NCBI GenBank assembly: GCA_964419615.1
Contig: CAYQPU010000031.1
Span: 1-15,375, forward strand
DNA from: an uncultured Methanosarcinales archaeon
Lineage (GTDB): Archaea; Nanobdellota; Nanobdellia; Woesearchaeales; JAGVZT01
Reading direction: 5' to 3'
Length of the DNA stretch: 15,375 nt
A program made the position numbers and the translations under genes. Under the pieces are notes generated by a model. It did not search any database, was not told where the DNA came from, and was given only the letters and a program-made list of their open reading frames with translations. Positions 6,917-14,483 of the stretch are shown here, one piece after another. Every line of letters starts with the position of its first letter. The stretch's first letter is position 1.

Positions 6917-8125
6917 CTATCTATGGTTATTCATCTCAATATCATGCTGCATGCATGCAGCATCTATAACATAAGAACCAATATCCATGGCTTCTCCAAT
7001 GAGAATTTTTCTTAGATTTCTATCACTCATAGTTTCCAAGTATTCAGCAATCAATTTCTTATCAGTAAAATAAGCAAACTTTATCCCATCTTTTCTTACC
7101 TTACCTTCTGGTCGACCATATCGTTCATCATTCAAATAAAAAAATCCAGGCATATAACTAACCGGACAAAAACCGTTTTCAAGCAGTTCACTCTGTGTTG
7201 ACGCCATCTCTGGTGTTGCAGGAATGTCAACTTCAACATACATAATTCCTGGGTGAAGATGATTTGCTGTTCTAACTAAGGATTTAACATCCAGACCAGC
7301 TACTTTGTCTGTGTATACTTTCATCCACCCGCACACAGAAGGATCTGCATAAACAAAATCTTCGTAGTTCTTTAGAGTGACCCTTGTTTTCTTCTTACCA
7401 GAGGAGATACTTTCCCCAAGACTTACGATCTCGCTGGATTCCAGTAAACCAAGCCTTCCTAAGACAATCTCAGCTAAAGGAGTGACTCTCTTGTCAAGAA
7501 CACTTAAACCACATCTTTCTGTACCTGCATAAGTGTCAAGTGAAAGATTATGGCAGACACTTACCCTTCCATTCCAATAAATTATATCAAAGTTACTGAG
7601 TTCTCTCCAATAATCAGCAGATGGAATCTTGTATTTTAAAGGCATAAAGCCAACAATCGGCATATCAAGATTTTCTTCGCAATTTCCTTGCGTTGCCTTA
7701 TGCATTGTATTTGTATCTGCCTCAACAACAAGATCCATACTTTCAAGATCTTTCATCATAAACCTAGAAAGCTGGCCAAATAATCCGTTCTGAGTGTAAC
7801 CCATCTTTGTAACTCCTCTACACTTTTCAACTCGATTATTAGTTTCATCAAACATGAAAGCTCCAGCTGTAGCAATCTCTCCTGATTCCAAATCCTCTCC
7901 AAGATACAATAGTAATTCAGGTAACTCTTGGTTAGCCAGTGAATCTTGTATCTGAATAGCACGTTTGAAAATAGAATCCGGATCATTAAACTCTACAATA
8001 AAATAATCAGCATCATTACCTCTACTCCATCCATCTCTATAGGTATTAACAACCTCATTAGCAATTCTCTTATCTGGTTCCAATAACTTATATTCAATTC
8101 CATCAATTATAGTTGGTTTTAACAT
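6917..8125 (-). CDS. Putative divergent GNAT-fold N-acyltransferase (possibly two GNAT-like domains)
   Basis: RVEKCRGVTKMGYTQNGLFGQL resembles GNAT motif A (b4-a3), followed by EADTNTMHKATQ and GFMP. The C-terminal half has a second YVEVDIP...LLENGFCPVSYMPG unit. The glycine loop is degenerate, so the assignment is tentative. SD GGAGG at 8133-8137. Confidence 0.55.
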   Translation of the reverse strand: MLKPTIIDGIEYKLLEPDKRIANEVVNTYRDGWSRGNDADYFIVEFNDPDSIFKRAIQIQDSLANQELPELLLYLGEDLESGEIATAGAFMFDETNNRVEKCRGVTKMGYTQNGLFGQLSRFMMKDLESMDLVVEADTNTMHKATQGNCEENLDMPIVGFMPLKYKIPSADYWRELSNFDIIYWNGRVSVCHNLSLDTYAGTERCGLSVLDKRVTPLAEIVLGRLGLLESSEIVSLGESISSGKKKTRVTLKNYEDFVYADPSVCGWMKVYTDKVAGLDVKSLVRTANHLHPGIMYVEVDIPATPEMASTQSELLENGFCPVSYMPGFFYLNDERYGRPEGKVRKDGIKFAYFTDKKLIAEYLETMSDRNLRKILIGEAMDIGSYVIDAACMQHDIEMNNHR

Positions 8126-8138
8126 TCTATTTCCTCCT

Positions 8139-9008
8139 TCAGATCCAAATCTGAAACAATATCATTGCCACAAACGACAACACTATGCTTGTCCACTTTG
8201 TAGAGTCAATTCTCTCTCGAAACAATAGTATCGACAATAGCGTCATGAAAATAACATCAAGATTATAGACTGCAACACTAATGATTGACGACATATTTCT
8301 TAATGATGTGAATAAAAGATAATACTGGCTCAAAATAATAAAAGCTAAAACAATAAAAGCAAAGCCCAAGTAGACATTGTGTCCAAAGAAATTTAGTTTT
8401 CTTCTAACCGGAATTAATCTTATTTTTTTCTTCCTAACTATGTTTAATAAAACTGTAATTAAGAGGAAAACCACACCAATACCCCAATACAGAAAAAAGG
8501 GATTGTGCACCGATACTGCACGTTTTAAAAAAGTAAAATAAATTCCCCAAAAAATCATAGCAATAATAACATACAATTTTTTTCTTGAAAATAATGTTCT
8601 GAAAATATTTTTTTCTTTTACATACAACAAACATATTGAAACAATAACTAAAAATATGGCAAAATAAATTTTAATTGGAAATCTCTCGTCCTTATAAAAT
8701 ACAAAGCAAAGCAAGGACGTAACAATAATTGCAATAATTCTTAATGGTGCAACATCTGAAACATCATTTCTTTTTAGACCTTTAAAATAAAGAATGTTTG
8801 AAGCATAACTGAGAATTCCTCCAATTATTGAGTAATATACAAATGACAAATTGATTGTAAAAAAAAGTAATAATGGCAACTGAATCAATGTTACAAAAAA
8901 CATATAAGATTGAGCATATCTAACAACAGTTGTTTTCTCCAAAATCTTCTTAGAAAAATTTGTTTCCATTGCAGAAAAAAAAGCAGCTAGCAATGGAATG
9001 AAGACCAT
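8139..9008 (-). CDS. EamA/DMT (drug/metabolite transporter) family membrane protein
   Basis: About 10 hydrophobic segments in two repeats, with YFKGLKRNDVSDVAPL and LLSILLFRERID motifs. Likely ATG at 9008, 1 nt after the upstream stop; the track's start is 9029. Confidence 0.85.
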   Translation of the reverse strand: MVFIPLLAAFFSAMETNFSKKILEKTTVVRYAQSYMFFVTLIQLPLLLFFTINLSFVYYSIIGGILSYASNILYFKGLKRNDVSDVAPLRIIAIIVTSLLCFVFYKDERFPIKIYFAIFLVIVSICLLYVKEKNIFRTLFSRKKLYVIIAMIFWGIYFTFLKRAVSVHNPFFLYWGIGVVFLLITVLLNIVRKKKIRLIPVRRKLNFFGHNVYLGFAFIVLAFIILSQYYLLFTSLRNMSSIISVAVYNLDVIFMTLLSILLFRERIDSTKWTSIVLSFVAMILFQIWI

Positions 9009-9009
9009 T

Positions 9010-10182
9010 TTAATCACACATCTCCTCAATCATTTGCATGTCAACTTCATAACCAATTCCTGGATCATCTCTTTGGGCAATGAATCCGTCTTTCATTTGA
9101 GCTGGCCGTAAAACAACGTCTTTTTCCCAGTATCTGTCAGAAGAACTTATGTCTCCAACCATAGTAAATCCCTCAAGAGAATTAAGTGCAATATTGTGCG
9201 CTCGTCCCACACCTGTCTCTAACATTCCTCCAACCCAGAGTGGAATTGGATTACTGTAATTATAGTGAGTAAAACTTTTAAGAACATTATTTTTAGCGTA
9301 ATTATGTATTTGTATAGAATTGTATAATCCTCCAACTCTTCCTGGTTTTATATTAATTATCCTGCATGATCTATTGTCAATAGCAAATTGAGCATCATCA
9401 ACAGAATGAATACTCTCATCAAGACAAATTGGAGTACTAAGCTGACGTTGAATTTTTCCATGATTCCATATATCATTATAATGCAAAGGTTGCTCAATCA
9501 TGATCAAATCAAATTCATCAAGTGCTTTAAGAGTCGAAACATCTTCTGGTAAAAGGGTGTAATCAGAATTTGCATCAACCATGAGTGGAATATCACCAAA
9601 GGTTTCTCTAATTGCTCTAACTGGCTCTACATCATAACCTTTCTTAATCTTAATTTTTATTCTTTGATAACCCTCATCTAATCCATACTCAACTCTTTGA
9701 AGTAATGTGTCAATATCACTTTGAATACCAATACTAATCCCGCAAGGAACATGTTCTGTGACACCACCAAGATATTTCCATAATGGAAGATCGGCTTCCT
9801 TTGCAAGTGCATCCCAAATCGCCATCTCAACACCCGCTTTTGCAAATGAATGACCTCTTATTGGTTTGAAAACATCAAGAAAATCAGTTACACTCTTACC
9901 CTTTCGACCAATTAAGTAAGGTATAATAAATTGCTCTTGGATAATTCTATCTGATTGTGTAAAATCCGGAGAATATAATGGAGTTCCAAGACTTGCAGTC
10001 TCCCCCCAGCCTTCAATTCCATTTTCTGTTATTAATCGAACAAGAATAGCGTCTTTTGCTTCAAATTTTCCAAAGCTTGTTTGAAATGGGTGTATTAAAG
10101 GTAACTTAACATGATAAGTTACAATATCTCTAATTTGCATTGGCTTTGAATTTACATTTACACATGCAGGATCGATAGTCAA
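9010..10182 (-). CDS. N-succinyl/N-acylamino acid racemase (NSAR/OSBS subfamily, enolase superfamily)
   Basis: Motifs: PFQTSFG, GWGE, PLYS, KIK (catalytic Lys), metal ligands VDAN, IEQP and LDES, INIKPGRVGG (second Lys plus second-shell Arg), GGMLETGVGRAHN, GDISSSDRYW. The start is uncertain: TTG at 10182 (6 nt after SD GGAGGTG) or ATG at 10140. It would usually be auto-annotated menC, but no menaquinone genes flank it here. Confidence 0.88.
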   Translation of the reverse strand: MTIDPACVNVNSKPMQIRDIVTYHVKLPLIHPFQTSFGKFEAKDAILVRLITENGIEGWGETASLGTPLYSPDFTQSDRIIQEQFIIPYLIGRKGKSVTDFLDVFKPIRGHSFAKAGVEMAIWDALAKEADLPLWKYLGGVTEHVPCGISIGIQSDIDTLLQRVEYGLDEGYQRIKIKIKKGYDVEPVRAIRETFGDIPLMVDANSDYTLLPEDVSTLKALDEFDLIMIEQPLHYNDIWNHGKIQRQLSTPICLDESIHSVDDAQFAIDNRSCRIINIKPGRVGGLYNSIQIHNYAKNNVLKSFTHYNYSNPIPLWVGGMLETGVGRAHNIALNSLEGFTMVGDISSSDRYWEKDVVLRPAQMKDGFIAQRDDPGIGYEVDMQMIEEMCD

Positions 10183-10188
10183 CAACAA

Positions 10189-10220
10189 CACCTCCGTTAA
10201 TTGTTTGAGAATTGGAGGTG
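10189..10220 (-). promoter_or_regulatory. Inverted repeat CACCTCC-N18-GGAGGTG overlapping the SD of the racemase cluster
   Basis: The minus strand reads CACCTCC AATT CTCAAAC AATT AAC GGAGGTG TTG. The 5' arm is the exact complement of the SD, and the inner AATT/AATT extends the stem. Confidence 0.55.
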
Positions 10221-10347
10221 AAATATTCTTAAAGTGACTTTCTTAGAAAAAATAGAAATGCTTTCTGAATAATATGAAATAATTTTGTATAATTTGATTA
10301 TAAACAGAAAGAAATTCAGAATCATATAATAAAATTGCAATTAGAAG

Positions 10348-10354
10348 AAAAAAA
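10348..10354 (-). terminator. Possible oligo-U terminator after the TIM-barrel gene
   Basis: T7 on the minus strand, within TTTGCATTTTTTTCTTCT, 14 nt downstream of the stop at 10368. Confidence 0.35.
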
Positions 10355-10367
10355 TGCAAACAACCAA

Positions 10368-12284
10368 TCATTCAAGTGGAACCTGACTCCACAAAGTAAA
10401 CTCTCTGCTCGGAGAATAATCTCCAAAAACAAAGTAAGGTGTTCTTGCCCTCCCAAAATAAGAATGCTCAACATCAGCCCATCGCTCAGCCTGAGGCGGA
10501 GCTGCACCATAAATTGGTGAACCAAACTCTCTCCATCCTCCAAGAACTGCTCTGTAATCTTGATGTGCAGGTTCAACAATCAAATCTTTCATACCTGCTT
10601 TTTTCATCTTCTCAACAAATTCTTTAATAGGAACAATACCTTGCCCAGGTGTAACGTGCTCATCATTCCATCCAAAGTTATCAGATATGTGCACATGCTT
10701 GATGTATTTTTTCTCATTTAATTCATCAACCTGCTTCATTAGCCATTTATTAAACTCTTTAGAATTCTCCTCATAGCTCTTTTTAGGATCACCTTGATAA
10801 TATTTTCTCCACATATAAGCATGACCAATATCAAACGTTGCATTAATATGATCTTCAGCAAGCTTTTTTGCCTTTGTTTCACCAAATCTACTTTTGTTTC
10901 TTTCAACAAACTTTTCTCTTGATTTTTGAATAAGTATTTTTAACTCTTCAGGATGAGCACCATACATATCAGGATCAATATTCTCCACAGAAACAGACAG
11001 TGGTTCTTTTAGCTGCTTTTTTTCCTTTAGTGTTTTGGACTTCATATAAGCAAACTCGGCAGCTCTTGCAATTGTTGTAACTGATTTATCAATAGCATAC
11101 TTATCAATAGGTATAGCTCGCTCAACAGTCCTTTCATACTCTGCAGCCTGCTGATACTGGGAAACAGCCATTTCCTTGGCATATTTTAAACTTTGGTCAA
11201 ACTGCTCTATTCGTTCTTTAAGATACTCAGTGGGTAATTTAACTTCTGGTGGAACAAGATTGTATTGATCTTGCATGATCATTTTTTCAATTTTCCATCT
11301 TTCTTCTTCGTCCATGGTTTGTTCTAATTTTGTATAGTATTCAAGTGCCTTCTGCCACTTTTCCTTATCCTCTAATGTTTTTCTGTACTGCTCATTATAC
11401 TGGTTTGCCCAACCCTTTGCATACTGAATTCTTGTATCAAGTTGAGCACGATAAAATGCTTGAGCAGGAGTAATATGCTCCCGTTTATCTCCATTGGAGT
11501 CCTTTGGTTGATTTTGATCCAGCCACTTATTGTATGAATCTGCATAGTTTTCAAAATGATTCCATGATGCTGTAGTTGTTCGGAATTGATCTTTTTCAAA
11601 TATTGGAATTGGGTAACCTTTATCGTCAAATTTAATCGATCCATCTTTGTCTGTTTCATATTCAGGCCATTCAACTTTCTGATCCTTTCTAATACCTTCA
11701 ATTAATTTTCCTGTCTGACTATCTACCAAATACATTGTAGCTTCAGTGCCTTCATCCTCAAAAGCCTTGAATTTATGTTTTTGACCCTTTTTAGCATACA
11801 TTTCCCCAATAGCTCTTGGGAACTCACCTGCATGAACAACAATTGTACCTCCTTGAGCAGTATCACCAGCAAAATCAATTGCTCTTTCTATTTCATGTAA
11901 AACTTGTTCTCTAACTTGCGGATCAAACTTACCTTGAGTTAAACCAGACATAGGACCAGCTCCAAAAGAAGCGTGAGTAGACAACTTAACTTCATTAATC
12001 TTGGCAAGCTCCCTTATATCTTGCCTTTCATCAGCACCATACATTTCAGGAGTAGTTTGCCTATTGCCCATTGAGCCTTTACCTCTTCCAGAAAAACCAA
12101 GTTCAACTCTTGAAGCTCCTTGAAAGATCCTAGCCTTAAGCTGCTGAGTCTGATCAGTTGTTGGATTTGTACTAATACCAATATTACCAACACTTAATCC
12201 TGCCAAAGGTTTTTCATCTGTTGAAATTGGACTATAATCATTATCTAATGAATTTCTATAATTTGGGATATCAAATACAACCAT
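10368..12284 (-). CDS. Xylose isomerase-like / endonuclease IV-like (AP endonuclease 2) TIM-barrel metalloprotein with a large insertion
   Basis: Ligand motifs in endonuclease IV order: STH104AS, VVH151AG, VE434NI, FD485IGH488, HVH532ISD, D541EH543, IVE571P. About 235 aa are inserted between H151 and E434. TAATG overlap with the upstream gene. Confidence 0.8.
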   Translation of the reverse strand: MVVFDIPNYRNSLDNDYSPISTDEKPLAGLSVGNIGISTNPTTDQTQQLKARIFQGASRVELGFSGRGKGSMGNRQTTPEMYGADERQDIRELAKINEVKLSTHASFGAGPMSGLTQGKFDPQVREQVLHEIERAIDFAGDTAQGGTIVVHAGEFPRAIGEMYAKKGQKHKFKAFEDEGTEATMYLVDSQTGKLIEGIRKDQKVEWPEYETDKDGSIKFDDKGYPIPIFEKDQFRTTTASWNHFENYADSYNKWLDQNQPKDSNGDKREHITPAQAFYRAQLDTRIQYAKGWANQYNEQYRKTLEDKEKWQKALEYYTKLEQTMDEEERWKIEKMIMQDQYNLVPPEVKLPTEYLKERIEQFDQSLKYAKEMAVSQYQQAAEYERTVERAIPIDKYAIDKSVTTIARAAEFAYMKSKTLKEKKQLKEPLSVSVENIDPDMYGAHPEELKILIQKSREKFVERNKSRFGETKAKKLAEDHINATFDIGHAYMWRKYYQGDPKKSYEENSKEFNKWLMKQVDELNEKKYIKHVHISDNFGWNDEHVTPGQGIVPIKEFVEKMKKAGMKDLIVEPAHQDYRAVLGGWREFGSPIYGAAPPQAERWADVEHSYFGRARTPYFVFGDYSPSREFTLWSQVPLE

Positions 12285-12895
12285 TATAACCTCGCCTGAT
12301 ACAATAAATCTCCTGCTGCTGAAAGTCTATCTTCTTCAGATGGATCTTGTGGTCTGAATCCAGAATCATATAACTCTTCTGCCATGTCTTCATAAGATTT
12401 TAATCTATGTTGTTCTTCCTGATTCATATAAATTCCATTTGAAGCTTTTTCAGCTAATGTCTTGACCGTGTCATAAGCAGCCATTAACTTATTTGCATTG
12501 TCTGCTAATCGCTTTGCCTCTTCAACAGAATCTCCGTACTGTACAACAGCTTGAGCTTGCTGGGGGTGTTCTAAATGAACCGTCTCTTCCAGACTTTGCT
12601 CATCCACAGCAACTTCGTCTTCAGTTTCGCTTTCCTCATTAGGCTGATCAGACATAAACCTTTTAGCTTTAAAAACTTCTTTTGCTTCAGCAGAAAACAA
12701 CGAATCAATATCAACTGCCTTAACCTGAGGAATAGGAATATCTTTTAATTCATCTTCAATTGCAATCTCTTCTTCAGACTGGGAAATTAGATCTTTGGCT
12801 TCTTCTATCTCTTTTCTCTTCTTTTCCTGAATCTCCTTGAGTTTAGCAATTCTTTCTCTAGGATCCAAATCTTTAAATTCATCTATATCAGCCAT
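12284..12895 (-). CDS. Hypothetical acidic protein, 203 aa, with an N-terminal coiled coil
   Basis: ATG 3 nt after the upstream stop, and its own stop overlaps the next ATG. Charged helix ERIAKLKEIQEKKRKEIEEAKDLISQSEEEI and an acidic linker EESETEDEVAVDEQSLEE. Confidence 0.8.
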   Translation of the reverse strand: MADIDEFKDLDPRERIAKLKEIQEKKRKEIEEAKDLISQSEEEIAIEDELKDIPIPQVKAVDIDSLFSAEAKEVFKAKRFMSDQPNEESETEDEVAVDEQSLEETVHLEHPQQAQAVVQYGDSVEEAKRLADNANKLMAAYDTVKTLAEKASNGIYMNQEEQHRLKSYEDMAEELYDSGFRPQDPSEEDRLSAAGDLLYQARL

Positions 12896-12898
12896 TCT

Positions 12899-14425
12899 TT
12901 ACCAAGTAATAATTTTATGTGCTTTTCTATAATTTTTAAATGCTCTCCAACATGCATTCAAAGCATCTCCCTGTGCTCCCTTGTTAGGTTTGCCAGGCCC
13001 TCCTTTTTTATCCTTTTTTAGTAAATCTTTAGTAAAAGAACCCATAATCTCATCAACACCTTTAAACACTGAAGTAAAAGGATCAAAAACACTAGGCAAT
13101 TTTGGTTTCTCCAATTTTGCTTTTCTTTCTTTTTCTTCTTTAGTAAACTGCTTTTCACCAGATTGCTTTAAATATTTCTCAAGCTCTCCTCCAAGAGCAT
13201 CCATTGCATCATTTATGGAAGTATCAATTGTTTTAAGCAAGTCAAGATCTTCTTCATCCCTCATTTTAACATAATCTTCAATCATCTTTTTTGTCCATGC
13301 GTAAGCTCTAATAGTAATCTCTGCTTTACCAGAATGTTTTGGTCCTCGTTGAAAACCTTCTTGTTGAAAACTCATTGCCGGTCTTGTTGTTGCAACAAAA
13401 TTAACAACACCCACAGCATGCCAATCCTTATACTTAGGTAGATTTTTCTCAGCAACAAACTCAACTTCAACAATAGAGCCCTCAAAAGCTCCAACAAGAT
13501 CTGCCGAGTTCATTTTATTCTCATCAAGTGAAAGCCTCTTGATATTTCTAAGGTAAGGTTTAATCCACTGCATATACATCTTAATAATATCATAATGCTG
13601 CCTTAGATACTGCAAAGTAAATCTTCTTCTTGTAAGTAGCTCAGCAAAAGTCATCTTCTTCCATTGAAGATAGGTTCTTAATTTTCTCTTTAGAACTTCC
13701 TTGACTTTTCTATTAAACTCAAGCCTATCTACCTTTGCATCAATATTATGAATCTCACTTTGTACAAGATCTTGTGCTTCTTTATTTGTCAATTCTTGAT
13801 ATGACTTTAAAGTCATCTTCACTCCATAAGTCCTTGTTGCAAAAAATAAATCTGGCAAAGTTGCAAAACCAACCTCTCTTGCTAAACCATAAACCGAACC
13901 CGGATTTTTTGCCCCACCCTCAACAAGATCTACCCAAATTCCTTTTAATGATATATCTGCTGAGTCAGCTCTCCTACCTTTATCTTTGTAACTATCTGTG
14001 TAAAGTTCAAGCCTTTCATCAATAATTCGAAGCTCTCTTACAAACTGAAACAATTCTTTAGTCATCTTACCAATAGCTTGCAAGAATTGACTAGCCTTAT
14101 CTTGCTGCAGTCCAAGTCTTTGTTGTGTAACTCCAAAAAATGCAGAATTCTCAGAAGCAGCAAAAGAATCAATAACCTTATGGAAATTTTGATATCCAAA
14201 ATCTTGTCTATAAGATGTTATCATCCAATAATACATCCCTTCCAAGCTTTCCTCATGATCAATAAGAATTAATCTAAACTTTTGAAGCGGCTCAGGATAA
14301 TCTGCAAGTTGAAAATTATCAATCTGAACCTCACTAAACTCCTGTTTAAGACTGTTATCTTTAAGGAATTTACCTAGAGCAGTATCAGGTTCACTCTTTA
14401 TCTCTTCTTTTTTAAACAATGCCAT
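12899..14425 (-). CDS. Hypothetical 508-aa protein of unknown function
   Basis: Long ORF with an ATG start. Conserved-looking blocks (DSFAASENSAFFG, QQDKASQFL, FVRELRIIDERL, LKGIWVDLVEGGAKNPGSVYGLAREVGFATLPDLFF, YMQWIKPYL), a largely helical character and a basic C-terminus. I recall similar proteins in DPANN genomes but cannot verify this. Confidence 0.8.
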   Translation of the reverse strand: MALFKKEEIKSEPDTALGKFLKDNSLKQEFSEVQIDNFQLADYPEPLQKFRLILIDHEESLEGMYYWMITSYRQDFGYQNFHKVIDSFAASENSAFFGVTQQRLGLQQDKASQFLQAIGKMTKELFQFVRELRIIDERLELYTDSYKDKGRRADSADISLKGIWVDLVEGGAKNPGSVYGLAREVGFATLPDLFFATRTYGVKMTLKSYQELTNKEAQDLVQSEIHNIDAKVDRLEFNRKVKEVLKRKLRTYLQWKKMTFAELLTRRRFTLQYLRQHYDIIKMYMQWIKPYLRNIKRLSLDENKMNSADLVGAFEGSIVEVEFVAEKNLPKYKDWHAVGVVNFVATTRPAMSFQQEGFQRGPKHSGKAEITIRAYAWTKKMIEDYVKMRDEEDLDLLKTIDTSINDAMDALGGELEKYLKQSGEKQFTKEEKERKAKLEKPKLPSVFDPFTSVFKGVDEIMGSFTKDLLKKDKKGGPGKPNKGAQGDALNACWRAFKNYRKAHKIITW

Positions 14426-14458
14426 TTTGGTTATTTGTATTCTATTTATATATTACAT

Positions 14459-14476
14459 TATTTAAATACTTTTTCC
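14459..14476 (-). promoter_or_regulatory. Probable BRE/TATA for the three-gene unit starting at 14425
   Basis: The minus strand reads GGAAAAAG-TA-TTTAAATA, ending 33 nt upstream of the ATG at 14425, inside a 58-nt intergenic gap. Confidence 0.55.
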
Positions 14477-14483
14477 TAAATAT

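Noticed and set aside
470-8634. Overlapping ORFs from the track: 470-904, 2079-2264, 4032-4226, 5068-5313, 6666-6866, 7756-7986, 8434-8634
   Set aside because: Each lies antisense to, or out of frame within, a well-supported gene and has no recognisable motif or SD.
9010-10191. Annotation as menC (o-succinylbenzoate synthase in menaquinone synthesis)
   Set aside because: There are no other men genes in the window, and the neighbours are amino-acid acyl and racemase enzymes. The KPGR second-shell Arg fits the NSAR-active subfamily. Residual OSBS activity is not excluded.
10214-10272. Plus-strand perfect SD GGAGGTGA followed by a 12-aa GTG ORF (10234-10272)
   Set aside because: The 12-nt spacing is poor and the peptide is featureless. 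The SD-like word is better explained as one arm of the inverted repeat.
10322-14272. Overlapping ORFs from the track: 10322-10579, 10335-10520, 10439-10627, 11372-11701, 12981-13274, 13735-14025, 14078-14272
   Set aside because: They are shadow ORFs of the three-gene minus-strand unit, with no independent support.
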